Made by a program: the position numbers and the translations under genes
Assembly: GCA_036508535.1 (NCBI GenBank)
Contig: DATCHE010000132.1
Location: forward strand, 1-62,354
DNA: 62,354 nt
Source: Bacteroidales bacterium
GTDB taxonomy: Bacteria; Bacteroidota; Bacteroidia; Bacteroidales; VadinHA17
Direction: 5' to 3'
Shown here: positions 19,721-29,207 of the stretch, in pieces
Layout: every line of letters begins with the position of its first letter
Position numbering within the stretch: the stretch's first letter is position 1
The notes under the pieces: model-generated
What the model saw: the letters and a program-made list of their open reading frames with translations, nothing else
What the model was told of the DNA's origin: nothing
The model's database searches: none

Positions 19721-19728
19721 CAAAAGTA
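19721..19728 (-). promoter_or_regulatory. -7 box TACTTTTG (minus strand)
   Basis: 38 nt upstream of the TPR gene start at 19683. Confidence 0.4.
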
Positions 19729-19924
19729 ATTTTTTTCATACAATTTTAAAACAATTAATTTAATGAATATCAAAAAGTCAGGAAAATAATTTTTATCTTA
19801 TTGAATATCAGTTGTTATATATTGAATCTTAAGAGCCATTTTTATTATATCAAAGGGGTTTAATTTACTTTCGTCCGTATCTTTTTCTAACTTTGAAAAA
19901 TTAATCATGATAATTTAATAATAT

Positions 19925-19952
19925 TTGCCTTTTGTCTTTTTACTTTTGACTT
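19925..19952. repeat. Heptamer array, reverse complement of the AAGACAA/AAGTAAA family
   Basis: ttgcctt ttgtctt tttactt ttgactt. The reverse complements of units 2 and 3 are aagacaa and aagtaaa. Confidence 0.85.
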
Positions 19953-19965
19953 TTAATTATTAACT

Positions 19966-19987
19966 GAGACGCAAAATTTTGCGTCTC
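19966..19987. repeat. 22-bp perfect palindrome GAGACGCAAAATTTTGCGTCTC in the recF 5' region
   Basis: Identical to the copy at 13609 and flanked by heptamer arrays on both sides. Confidence 0.9.
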
Positions 19988-20008
19988 TACTTACTACATA
20001 CTACTTAC
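19988..20008. repeat. Heptamer array TACTTAC/TACATAC x3
   Basis: tacttac tacatac tacttac immediately after the palindrome, ending 9 nt before the recF ATG. Confidence 0.85.
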
Positions 20009-20017
20009 TTCCTCAAA

Positions 20018-21154
20018 ATGTATCTCAAAAAACTTACCCTCACTAATTTTAAAAACTATGAGCTTAATGAGCTTGAGTTTTCACCAAGGATTAATTGCTT
20101 CGTGGGCAATAATGGTGTAGGAAAAACTAATATCCTCGATGCAATACATTATTTGTCACTTACAAAGAGTTTTTTTAATAATATCGATAGTATAAGTGTG
20201 AGGCACGGTGAAGAGTATTTTATTATTCAGGGAACATTTGCCAGGGAAAGCGAAGAAGATAACATATACTGCGCGTTTCAGAAGCAAAAACAGAAGCTTT
20301 TGAAAAGAAATGGGAAAGAGTATCATAAACTATCAGACCATGTTGGCAGGTATCCGGTTGTAATGATATCTCCTGCCGACAGTGCTTTGATTACAGAAGG
20401 CAGTGAAGACCGACGCAGGTTCCTGAATAAAATAATAAGTCAGTATAATGCTGAATACCTTGATTCTGTGCTTCGGTACAATAAGGCACTTCAACAAAGG
20501 AATAAATTACTTAAAGATTTCAAATTATCAGGTAAATTCGATAGTGAAGTTCTTTCGATATGGGATGCCCAACTTGTTAAATATGGAAGTTATGTTTTCA
20601 GCGAAAGACAAATCCTTGTAAATGAACTTATTCCGGTGTTTCAGGAATACTATTCAATGATTTCTTCAGGTAAGGAAGTCGTGAAGCTTAAATATCGTTC
20701 TAATCTTTTGGAAGGCGACTTTTCTGAAGCCCTTCTCAATTCTGTATCGAAAGATCGTTTTTTGGAGTACACCACAATCGGAATTCATAAAGATGATCTT
20801 ATATTGGAAATGAACGATTTTCCTGTGAAATCACTTGGTTCTCAAGGACAACAGAAGTCATATCTGGTAGCTCTGAAGCTTGCAAAATTCGATTATATCA
20901 AAAGAAAAGCTGGTTTTGCTCCGGTTTTATTGCTTGATGATATCTTTGATAAGTTTGATAATGAGCGCGTTGAACAAATAATCAGACTCGTAGGAAACCC
21001 CCGGTTTGGTCAAATATTCATTACCGACACACATCAGAATCGGCTGCAAAACATTTTATCATCGCATAACACTGATTATAAACTTTTTAAGATTGCAGAA
21101 GAGGGCATTGAAGTGCTAACAAATGATGAAAAACCTTTAGATGAGACGAAGTAA
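20018..21154 (+). CDS. recF: DNA replication/repair protein RecF
   Basis: LTNFKNY...GNNGVGKTNILDAI Walker A and LLLDDIFDKFD Walker B. The ATG at 20018 is preferred because the track start at 19979 lies inside a palindrome/heptamer repeat. Confidence 0.9.
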   Translation: MYLKKLTLTNFKNYELNELEFSPRINCFVGNNGVGKTNILDAIHYLSLTKSFFNNIDSISVRHGEEYFIIQGTFARESEEDNIYCAFQKQKQKLLKRNGKEYHKLSDHVGRYPVVMISPADSALITEGSEDRRRFLNKIISQYNAEYLDSVLRYNKALQQRNKLLKDFKLSGKFDSEVLSIWDAQLVKYGSYVFSERQILVNELIPVFQEYYSMISSGKEVVKLKYRSNLLEGDFSEALLNSVSKDRFLEYTTIGIHKDDLILEMNDFPVKSLGSQGQQKSYLVALKLAKFDYIKRKAGFAPVLLLDDIFDKFDNERVEQIIRLVGNPRFGQIFITDTHQNRLQNILSSHNTDYKLFKIAEEGIEVLTNDEKPLDETK

Positions 21155-21431
21155 AACCATATCTCTGGCCGAGGCTGTAAAGGATTATATCACTGAGATG
21201 AACATCGGTGGAAAACTAAGTGAGGCTGGTGTTATCAACTCGTGGGAAGAAATTGTTGGAAAGGCTATTAGCTCCCGCACTTCAAAAATTTATATTAAAG
21301 ACCACATTCTTTTTGTCCATCTGAATTCCTCAGTTGTGAGAAATGAATTACTAATGCTGCGTCAGGTGCTCAAGGATAAACTCAATGAAAAGGCAGGAAC
21401 CGAAGTCGTTAAGGACATAGTGCTCCGTTAA
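21141..21431 (+). CDS. DUF721-domain protein (DciA-like candidate)
   Basis: 96-aa ORF overlapping the recF end by 14 nt. W-x2-IVG...ILFVHL...ELLMLR pattern is typical of DUF721. Confidence 0.65.
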   Translation: MRRSKTISLAEAVKDYITEMNIGGKLSEAGVINSWEEIVGKAISSRTSKIYIKDHILFVHLNSSVVRNELLMLRQVLKDKLNEKAGTEVVKDIVLR

Positions 21432-21434
21432 AAA

Positions 21435-21462
21435 ACCAGTACCCAGTACCCAGTACCCAGCA
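21435..21462. repeat. Heptamer array (A/C)CCAGTA x3 plus CCCAGCA
   Basis: accagta cccagta cccagta cccagca, lying between convergent genes. Confidence 0.9.
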
Positions 21463-21472
21463 ACTCTAATTA

Positions 21473-23221
21473 TTAACTGATTTTATACGATGTTCCCGTT
21501 ATCAGAATTGACTTTTTAAGATTTTTATTTGAAGTAAAGTGAAATTCGTTATCATTTGCTTTTAATAAGACTTCTCCGTTTTTGATCGATATTAAGATAG
21601 GAGTAGAGTGATTCTTATATTGTAGAAAATCAGCCAGTAAAATGGCTTTTTCAATACCATCTCCGCGTCTGAAGTTCCAAACTTCATCGGGCAATGCAAG
21701 TCTCGACCCGTCATAAATTGACTCATCCGACATGTTATTTAGTATATCATAAACTTCTGAAGAAATCTTTTCATTCAAATCCGAAATACAAACAGGATTT
21801 CGTTCAATTGCAGCTTTTATGAACGGCAACCAGTCTATTTTATCCATCTGCCTGTAAACATAAAGAGTGAGAAGAGCCAATTCTGAACTTCCGGCATTTC
21901 TGGTTATTGTGTCGATGATTTTATCGCGGTTGTCTTCGGCTGATATATTTAGTTTGATGTTATTTGTAAAATTCTTTTTATTATCCGGTATTTTAGGATC
22001 GATGAAAATGAAATCATTTATCTCATTGAACATTTCATGAATGATCTCTTCAGATATAATCCCGGTTACATTAATAAATTCATTTTCAATCTCTCTCAGG
22101 TTCTTCCCATGAGATGCATCAAGAATATCTTCAATATCGTTCAGCATGATTTTGCCCAGAATGGGACTTAAATGAAATTCATCACCTTCTATTTCTTTTA
22201 CAAGCGCTTCACGTGTATCGGCCGATAAATTGAACTTGCTTGTATGCTCGTATTCGAACATTTTTTCAAGTGATATGTATCTGAGCTTTCCGGAACACTC
22301 GCATCGGAATTGGAATAGAACCTTATATTTTGACTTAAAGCGAAGGAAGTTAATGAAAATCAGGTTGGTTAGTTCTGTGGAGAGAAATTGCTTCAGCTTA
22401 AGAGAAAATGTACTATATTCATCCTTATCAATAGTAGCTTCATTGTATAAAGTATGAACATAGCCCGAAATATGTGATACGATAGTTACCTTTTCGTTTT
22501 CCATGGCTCTTTTGGCCTTTTCAGAAAGCGATGTGCCGTTATACCACATATTCTTTGTTACAATTCTTCTGTTATTGGTTATTAATCCGTCTTTCTCAAT
22601 AATAAAATTCTGAGAATGTAGCGGAGTGGCAATAAGGAATATTTTTTCGAGTGGAACTCTTCCTACCACAAACATGGCCGCGGCATAGAGTGCAGCCAGT
22701 GATACGCATTCTCCTGCTCCGGAGGAGAAATTTTCTTTATACCTGAAGGCAGACATTGCTTCAATTGTTTCTGTCTTCCAGTACGGAATGATATCAGAAT
22801 CATACTTATCCAGTCCAAAATGTTTCCTGATATCTATGTCGAAATAGTACTTGTCTCCTTCATATCCAAACAAAGCGTTTGACTGCTTAAGTAACTCCAT
22901 ATCAAAAAAGTCACTAAACCTGCCAATTTCAGCGGTTTTGGAAGTAAGACCCCATGTTGAAAGGTCAAGATTGAAAACAAAGTTCTGAATAATGTACTGT
23001 TTTATCCTGTTAGCTTTGTTTGTAAAACTCTTCTTTTCAATATCTTTAAACCAGGGATCCTCTCTCCAGGCCCATAATTTGGGAGAGATAATATTCGCGA
23101 GAATTAGAGGATAAAACAGATCGGGGAAGATAAAAATCTCCATATCCGAAAGAGTGAGCGCTGATGAATACTTTTCAAGTGCTTTTTTATCCGAAAAGTC
23201 TTTCCTTACGATTGAATCCAT
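21473..23221 (-). CDS. Hypothetical protein with a possible transglutaminase/papain-like Cys-His core
   Basis: 582-aa uninterrupted ORF. GAGEC(172)VSLAALYAAAMFVVGRVP-x-H(202)SQNFIIEKD(211)G resembles a transglutaminase-like catalytic arrangement. Confidence 0.55.
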   Translation of the reverse strand: MDSIVRKDFSDKKALEKYSSALTLSDMEIFIFPDLFYPLILANIISPKLWAWREDPWFKDIEKKSFTNKANRIKQYIIQNFVFNLDLSTWGLTSKTAEIGRFSDFFDMELLKQSNALFGYEGDKYYFDIDIRKHFGLDKYDSDIIPYWKTETIEAMSAFRYKENFSSGAGECVSLAALYAAAMFVVGRVPLEKIFLIATPLHSQNFIIEKDGLITNNRRIVTKNMWYNGTSLSEKAKRAMENEKVTIVSHISGYVHTLYNEATIDKDEYSTFSLKLKQFLSTELTNLIFINFLRFKSKYKVLFQFRCECSGKLRYISLEKMFEYEHTSKFNLSADTREALVKEIEGDEFHLSPILGKIMLNDIEDILDASHGKNLREIENEFINVTGIISEEIIHEMFNEINDFIFIDPKIPDNKKNFTNNIKLNISAEDNRDKIIDTITRNAGSSELALLTLYVYRQMDKIDWLPFIKAAIERNPVCISDLNEKISSEVYDILNNMSDESIYDGSRLALPDEVWNFRRGDGIEKAILLADFLQYKNHSTPILISIKNGEVLLKANDNEFHFTSNKNLKKSILITGTSYKIS

Positions 23222-23271
23222 AAATTATTTTAAATTCTACAAAACTGATAACACCAAATGTGAAGTAAAGT

Positions 23272-23694
23272 TTAATAGTACCTCTCAATTCCCGAAAAGA
23301 AAAAATTAGCCTCTATAATAGCATTTTCAACACTATCCGATCCATGCACTGCGTTCATCTGTACGGATACAGCAAAGGTTTTTCTTATGGTTCCCGGTTC
23401 TGCTTTGGCAGGGTCAGTTGCTCCAATCAGCTTTCTGAATTGCTCAACAGCATTTTCATGAGTTAATATCATTACAACAACTGGTCCGGAGGTCATAAAC
23501 TCTATAAGACCTTCATAGAATGGTTTCCCTTTGTGGACAGAGTAAAATGATTCAGCCTGTGGCATTGTTAATTTTACCATCCGCATAGCTGCAATTTCAA
23601 ACCCACCTTCATTTATCATAGCAAGAATTGGTCCTGTTTTCCCTGTTCTTACTGAGTTTGGCTTAATAATCGAAAATGTAAAATCGCTGTACAT
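23272..23694 (-). CDS. ndk: Nucleoside-diphosphate kinase
   Basis: FSIIKPN..., NAVHGSD active-site histidine motif, 140 aa. Confidence 0.92.
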   Translation of the reverse strand: MYSDFTFSIIKPNSVRTGKTGPILAMINEGGFEIAAMRMVKLTMPQAESFYSVHKGKPFYEGLIEFMTSGPVVVMILTHENAVEQFRKLIGATDPAKAEPGTIRKTFAVSVQMNAVHGSDSVENAIIEANFFFSGIERYY

Positions 23695-23747
23695 AATAAA
23701 GCTTTTTTAGATATCTAATAATCGAATTGGTCTTCAGGAATAATTTC

Positions 23748-23755
23748 TATCTTTG
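23748..23755 (+). promoter_or_regulatory. -7 box TATCTTTG
   Basis: 26 nt upstream of the GTG at 23781. Confidence 0.35.
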
Positions 23756-23780
23756 ACCTCTTGAAAAATACAGTACAAAA

Positions 23781-24800
23781 GTGATTGATTTATCTCAATA
23801 TACAAAAGAATTATCTATACTTTTTTCATCATCGGAAAATATTTTGCTTATATGCCATATTAATCCTGATGGTGATGCAATAGGCTCACAGTTAGCTCTA
23901 TATCATTTTCTCAAAGCAAAAGGAAAAAATGTAGATATGTTAGCTCCAAATTACCTCCAGGATTTTCTAAAATGGATGGATGGATCTGCGCATATTAACA
24001 TTTTTATAAAAGACAGAAAACTAAGCCGAAAGCTTATATTAGAGGCAGATCTAATTGTTCTGCTCGATTTCAATCATTCTAACAGGTTGGGTGAAGCAGA
24101 AAGTTTAGTTCTTGCTTCAAAAGCAAAGAAAATTATAATTGATCACCACCTCGACCCTGGAGATTTTGCCGACCTCACAATTTCTGAACCTTCAAAATGT
24201 TCTACAGCAGAAATTGTTTATGAACTATTGGCTGAAATTAGTGGGGCCCCATTCATCAGTAAATCAATTGCTGAGTCAATCTACGTGGGCATTGTTACAG
24301 ATACGGGTAACTTTGAACATGGGGCATATTCATCGAGAACATTCAGGATTGTGGCGGACCTTCTCGATTCAGGAATTGAAAAGGTAAAAATACTTAATCT
24401 GATTTATAATAACTTTTCTTCAGACAGAATAAGGCTTCAGGGTTTTGCACTAAACAAACGAATGGTTGTAATCCCGGAATATAAAACCGCCTATATCTTT
24501 CTTTCAAAAGATGATCTGGCTGAATACAACCATGTAAAGGGCGATACAGAAGGGTTTGTAAATATGCCTCTATCAATCAAAGGAATTCACTTAGCGGCAC
24601 TTTTTATCGAAAAGGATAATTTTATAAAGCTGTCTTTTCGTTCAAAGGGCAACTTTCCTACAAATGAATTCGCCTCACAATATTTTTCAGGTGGAGGACA
24701 CTTAAATGCGTCGGGTGGCGAATATTCGGATACTTTAATAAATACGATTGACTACTTCCTTAAAGTTCTTAAAGAGAATGTATGGAAATTTGAAGAATAG
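23781..24800 (+). CDS. DHH-family phosphoesterase (NrnA-like oligoribonuclease/pAp phosphatase)
   Basis: HINPDGDAIGS, IIIDHH, DTGNF and GGGH motifs. GTG start. Confidence 0.85.
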   Translation: MIDLSQYTKELSILFSSSENILLICHINPDGDAIGSQLALYHFLKAKGKNVDMLAPNYLQDFLKWMDGSAHINIFIKDRKLSRKLILEADLIVLLDFNHSNRLGEAESLVLASKAKKIIIDHHLDPGDFADLTISEPSKCSTAEIVYELLAEISGAPFISKSIAESIYVGIVTDTGNFEHGAYSSRTFRIVADLLDSGIEKVKILNLIYNNFSSDRIRLQGFALNKRMVVIPEYKTAYIFLSKDDLAEYNHVKGDTEGFVNMPLSIKGIHLAALFIEKDNFIKLSFRSKGNFPTNEFASQYFSGGGHLNASGGEYSDTLINTIDYFLKVLKENVWKFEE

Positions 24801-24810
24801 GCGTAATTAT

Positions 24811-25323
24811 ATGATACTAAAATATATAGTATTTGCTTTATTTGCTTTGGTTTCTTGCAGAAATAACCCGGGAAGCACTGTTTTAAATTCAAGACCCGGA
24901 AAGGATGAAATGGCTGGCCTAAACAGGTATTTTGTACAGAAAGACAGAGAACGGATACAAAATTATATCGTGAGAAAAAATCTTAAACTAACAGAGTCTG
25001 CAACCGGTCTGTGGTATCAGATAATAAAAGAGGGTGAAGGATTGCATTTTACGGACAATAATAAGGTAGTTATGGAGTATGAATGCTCTCTACTTGATGG
25101 AACCAGCTGCTATTCATCTAAAAAACTTGGACCTAAAGAACTGATATTGGGTAAAAGTGAAATGGAACCGGGTATGAATGAGGCTCTTCGATTGTTAAAA
25201 CCGGGAGCTGAAGCTATCTTTATTTTTCCACCCTTTCTGGCATATGGCCTGATCGGAGATCAGAATAAGATACCTTCAAGAGCTATAATCGTATATAATG
25301 TTAATATCTTGCGCAGTAAATAA
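24811..25323 (+). CDS. FKBP-type peptidyl-prolyl isomerase lipoprotein (possibly GldI-like)
   Basis: Lipoprotein signal FALFALVSC. The FKBP C-terminal domain pattern is F-x-PP-x-LAYG. Confidence 0.8.
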   Translation: MILKYIVFALFALVSCRNNPGSTVLNSRPGKDEMAGLNRYFVQKDRERIQNYIVRKNLKLTESATGLWYQIIKEGEGLHFTDNNKVVMEYECSLLDGTSCYSSKKLGPKELILGKSEMEPGMNEALRLLKPGAEAIFIFPPFLAYGLIGDQNKIPSRAIIVYNVNILRSK

Positions 25324-25383
25324 TACTTGCACGATTTTTGCGTTGATTAATTATTGATTTGAAAATTACTTAAAATTCTATTT

Positions 25384-25878
25384 ATGTTTAAAAAGAACAA
25401 AAAAACAATTCTTCTGTTTCTAACGGCATTATTGTTAGTCACTTTAGTTTCCTGCGACCCAACCAAAAAATATGAAAATGAAGAAAGTGCGATAATTAAG
25501 GATTATCTCAGTAAAAATCCCGATCTGAATTTCCAACTGCAACCCAGCGGATTATACTTTCTTGATGTAGTACCAGGAACCGGTATTTCTCCTGTTTTGT
25601 ACGATTCAGCTTTTGTTAAATATACCGGGAAATTTCTTAATGGTTCTGTTTTTGACACAAACGTAGGAACAGCCAATGTGTTTGGTTTTGTTGTCGGATA
25701 TAGTATTTATGGTTTCTCTGAAGGGTTAATGCTTATGAAGGAAGGTGGTAAGGCTACTTTACTCATACCTTCGAATCTTGCCTATGGACAACAAGGATCT
25801 TATCCTGTTATCGCGGGTTTTACCCCTTTATTGTTCGATGTTGAACTAATAAGAGTCAAACCTGCTGTAGTCAAGTAA
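25384..25878 (+). CDS. FKBP-type peptidyl-prolyl isomerase lipoprotein
   Basis: Signal LLLVTLVSC. FKBP motifs YTGKFLNGSVFD and IPSNLAYG. Confidence 0.8.
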   Translation: MFKKNKKTILLFLTALLLVTLVSCDPTKKYENEESAIIKDYLSKNPDLNFQLQPSGLYFLDVVPGTGISPVLYDSAFVKYTGKFLNGSVFDTNVGTANVFGFVVGYSIYGFSEGLMLMKEGGKATLLIPSNLAYGQQGSYPVIAGFTPLLFDVELIRVKPAVVK

Positions 25879-25880
25879 TT

Positions 25881-26579
25881 TTATTGGAGAACAAATATCA
25901 CTAATTTATCCGTTAGCTGAGGAATATTCTGTTTCCAATCTGATATTTTCATAGTTTTGATTGATTCTGATGCAAGGGTAATATCTGCAGCTATACAAAG
26001 TTTTGTATCACCTTTGCAGGCATCGATAATTGATTCAATCATCTTTTGATTACGATAAGGGGTTTCCATAAAAATTTGTGCATACCCGTTATTTGCTATC
26101 TTTTCCAGTTCTTTTAGTTTTGCTGATCTTTGTTCAGGTTTAACCGGAAGATATCCGTTGAAAGTAAAATTCTGCCCGTTTAGACCCGATGCGATAAGGG
26201 CCAGAATAATTGACGATGGACCGGATAAGGGAGTGACTGTGATTTTTTTCCGGTGTGCCAAAGAGACTATCCGGGCACCGGGGTCTGCAATACCCGGAAG
26301 ACCGGCTTCGCTCATTATCCCAATATCATATCCCTTAAGCACAGGTTCAAGATAATTAGCAATATCAGTTTCTCCGGTATGTTCATTTAATTCAAAGAAC
26401 ACAGTGTCGTTTATTGGAAACTCCCTGTCGATAAGTCTTAAAAACCTTCTGGCACTGCGAAGGTCTTCAACTATGAAGTAACGCAGACTCCTGGTAATAT
26501 TAAGTACTTTTTCGGGTATTACTTTTTGAAAATCCTCTCCTCCTAAAGTAACAGGTATAAGATAAATACTGCCGGTCAC
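25881..26579 (-). CDS. SAM-dependent methyltransferase, tetrapyrrole-methylase fold (RsmI-related)
   Basis: IYLIPVTLG N-terminus and SEAGLPGIADPG motif, typical of the TP_methylase/RsmI family. Confidence 0.75.
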   Translation of the reverse strand: MTGSIYLIPVTLGGEDFQKVIPEKVLNITRSLRYFIVEDLRSARRFLRLIDREFPINDTVFFELNEHTGETDIANYLEPVLKGYDIGIMSEAGLPGIADPGARIVSLAHRKKITVTPLSGPSSIILALIASGLNGQNFTFNGYLPVKPEQRSAKLKELEKIANNGYAQIFMETPYRNQKMIESIIDACKGDTKLCIAADITLASESIKTMKISDWKQNIPQLTDKLVIFVLQ

Positions 26580-26673
26580 GCTATTTAATTTGTTTATTCA
26601 AATATAACAATTAATCGGTTCGTCGTGAAAAACAAAATTTTGCTTATATGTTGCCTCTTACCTTTTTTTAATA

Positions 26674-26681
26674 TAGGTTTG
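26674..26681 (+). promoter_or_regulatory. -7 box TAGGTTTG
   Basis: 19 nt upstream of the GTG at 26700. Confidence 0.35.
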
Positions 26682-26699
26682 TCATGAAATATTTATAAA

Positions 26700-27467
26700 G
26701 TGAAAATAACTTTTCTTGGTACCGGAACTTCACAGGGTGTACCTGTTATTGCTTGTGAATGCAAGACATGTCTTTCAGCAGATCAGCACGACAAGAGGTT
26801 ACGAACTTCTCTACTTCTCGAGACAAATGATACAACTTTACTTTTTGATGCTGGTCCCGACTTCCGTCAGCAGATGCTGCGCGAGCATGTTATGAAACTC
26901 GATTCCATTATTCTTACACATGAGCATAAGGATCATATCTCAGGAATGGATGATGTAAGGGCATTTAACTATAAAAGTCAGGATGCTATCGACATTTACT
27001 CCGAGGAAAGGGTGCAAAAAGCTATACAGAAGGAATATTCGTATGTATTTTCAGATATCCAGTATCCGGGAATTCCAAAAATGAGACTTAATTTAATTAC
27101 AGAACGTCCTTTTGAAATTAAAGATGTAAAGATAATTCCAATCAGAGTGTTTCATTACAAACTGCCTGTCTTTGGATTCAGGATCGGCAATTTTGCATAT
27201 ATAACAGACGCTAATTATATACCTGAAGAGAGTAAAGAGAAACTATTTGGTATTAAGTATCTGGTTATTAATGCTTTAAGAAAAGAAAAGCATATTTCTC
27301 ACTTTAGTTTACGGGAAGCAGTCGATTTTATCAGGGAGATTTCACCCAAAAAAGCATTTATTACGCATATTAGTCATCAGATGGGGTATCATGAGGAGGT
27401 ATCGAAAGAGCTCCCTTCAGAGATTATGCTGGCATATGATGGATTGAGCGTGTTATTAAATGAATGA
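26700..27467 (+). CDS. MBL-fold metallo-hydrolase (PhnP-like)
   Basis: ITFLGTGTSQGVP and THEHKDH metal-binding motif. GTG start. Confidence 0.8.
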   Translation: MKITFLGTGTSQGVPVIACECKTCLSADQHDKRLRTSLLLETNDTTLLFDAGPDFRQQMLREHVMKLDSIILTHEHKDHISGMDDVRAFNYKSQDAIDIYSEERVQKAIQKEYSYVFSDIQYPGIPKMRLNLITERPFEIKDVKIIPIRVFHYKLPVFGFRIGNFAYITDANYIPEESKEKLFGIKYLVINALRKEKHISHFSLREAVDFIREISPKKAFITHISHQMGYHEEVSKELPSEIMLAYDGLSVLLNE

Positions 27468-27480
27468 GACAATAAGGGTC

Positions 27481-27693
27481 TTACTTTTTCTTGAAAGTCT
27501 TTTTTAGTTTGTTTTGGTAACCTGAAGAAAAATAGTACTTGTTTCTTCCTAGTTGCGAGGCATTTACCTGGGAGCCTTCCTTCCTTTTCTCCATATATGA
27601 ATTCTTTTTTGACGGAGCACATTCAGTAAATATGGCAATCAGAAGGAAAATAAATAAAAATTTTATTTGTTTAATTGCTTTTGACATAGGCAC
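27481..27693 (-). CDS. Small putative secreted/lipoprotein, lysine-rich
   Basis: 70-aa ORF with an N-terminal hydrophobic segment FLFIFLLIAIFTEC. No recognisable family. Confidence 0.3.
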   Translation of the reverse strand: MPMSKAIKQIKFLFIFLLIAIFTECAPSKKNSYMEKRKEGSQVNASQLGRNKYYFSSGYQNKLKKTFKKK

Positions 27694-27740
27694 CTTTGCT
27701 ATTGAATCACGCCTAAAAGTACTAAATTATTATCTGATAT

Positions 27741-27770
27741 AAAAAAAAAGCCCCACTTATCTGGCGGGGC
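27741..27770 (-). terminator. Intrinsic terminator downstream of dnaA
   Basis: GCCCC...GGGGC stem at 27750-27754/27766-27770. On the minus strand it is followed by T9. Confidence 0.65.
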
Positions 27771-27776
27771 TCAATT

Positions 27777-29207
27777 TTATACTTTTAGCTTTTTCTCAAT
27801 TTCAGTTATCTGGTTTCTGAAATGTTTATCAGTGTCTATAAGATTGTTGACAGTTTTACAAGCATGCAAAACCGTTGCATGATCTTTCCCTCCGATGTGC
27901 GATCCAATACTGGCTAATGATGCTTTTGTAAGACTTTTTGAAAAATACATAGATACCTGCCTTGCCTGGACAATCTCCCTTTTCCTCGTTTTCCCCTGAA
28001 TAAGGTCAATTGGGATTTTATAATAATCACAAACTATCTTTTGGATATATTCAATTGTTATTTCACGTCGGGAAGTACTAATAAGTTTATCAACCATCAG
28101 TCTTGCAAGATCGAGAGTGATCTCTTTTCTGTTAAGCGTAGATTGCGCGTACAAAGAGATTAGAACAGCTTCAAGTTCCCTTATATTGTTCGAAATGTTA
28201 ACTGCAAGGAATTCGAATATTTCCTCCGGCAATTCGATACCATCATTGTATGCTTTTTTCTTTAGAATAGCCAGTCTGGTTTCATAATCCGGTCTCTGAA
28301 GATCAGCCTGAAGACCCCATTTAAACCTTGAAAGAAGTCTTTGTTCCATCCCCTGAAGTTCTACCGGGGGTTTGTCGCATGTCAGAATTAACTGTTTACC
28401 CGATTGGTGAAGATGATTGAAGATATGGAAAAATGTATCCTGTGTTTTTTCCTTCCCGGCAAATTCATGTACATCATCAAGAATGAGAACATCAATCATC
28501 TGGTAGAAATGGAGAAAGTCATTTTTGTTATTATTTCTTACAGACTCAACAAATTGTGTCTGAAATTTATTTGCATTTACATACAGGACTATTTTATCTG
28601 GATGTTTCTCTTTAACATGGATTCCAATTGCCTGAGAGAGATGGGTTTTTCCAAGTCCGGAATCACCGTAAATCATCAAAGGGTTGAAGGCGGTACCTCC
28701 CGGGTTGTTTCCAACGGCAATTCCTGCAGAACGGGCCAGCCTGTTACATTCTCCTTCGACGTAATTGCTGAAATTATAATCAGGATTAAGCTTTGGATCA
28801 AAATGAACTTTTTTAATGCCGGGAATAACAAATGGATTTTTAATTGATGGTTGTGTAACATCGAAAGGAACCTGAACGGGTCTGTTGTTAAGGTCTGTTT
28901 TATTTCTTGAGGGATACCGAACCGTATATGGTTTACCGTCGGAGTAATTAGAATTCTCCATTACGACGTTATATTCAAGTTTTGCATCAGTTCCGATCTC
29001 GCGTCTGAGTGTTTTTCTTAGAATATCTATATACTGCTCTTCAAGATACTCGTAAAAAAATGGACTTGGAACCTGGATAGTAAGAACGTTATTCTCAAGT
29101 TTTAACGGGATAATAGGTTCAAACCATGTCTTGTAACTGATGGATGGAATAATATCCCTTACTATCAGAAGACAGTTATTCCAAACATCATTATGTGACT
29201 TATTCAT
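27777..29207 (-). CDS. dnaA: Chromosomal replication initiator protein DnaA
   Basis: GDSGLGKTHL Walker A, LILDDVHEF, and a C-terminal DNA-binding helix region (IGGKDHATVLHA). Confidence 0.93.
   Translation of the reverse strand: MNKSHNDVWNNCLLIVRDIIPSISYKTWFEPIIPLKLENNVLTIQVPSPFFYEYLEEQYIDILRKTLRREIGTDAKLEYNVVMENSNYSDGKPYTVRYPSRNKTDLNNRPVQVPFDVTQPSIKNPFVIPGIKKVHFDPKLNPDYNFSNYVEGECNRLARSAGIAVGNNPGGTAFNPLMIYGDSGLGKTHLSQAIGIHVKEKHPDKIVLYVNANKFQTQFVESVRNNNKNDFLHFYQMIDVLILDDVHEFAGKEKTQDTFFHIFNHLHQSGKQLILTCDKPPVELQGMEQRLLSRFKWGLQADLQRPDYETRLAILKKKAYNDGIELPEEIFEFLAVNISNNIRELEAVLISLYAQSTLNRKEITLDLARLMVDKLISTSRREITIEYIQKIVCDYYKIPIDLIQGKTRKREIVQARQVSMYFSKSLTKASLASIGSHIGGKDHATVLHACKTVNNLIDTDKHFRNQITEIEKKLKV

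Noticed and set aside
19979-20017. Track start of recF at 19979 (MRLYLLHTTYFLK)
   Set aside because: These codons come from the palindrome and the TACTTAC heptamers. The conserved RecF N-terminus starts at the ATG at 20018.
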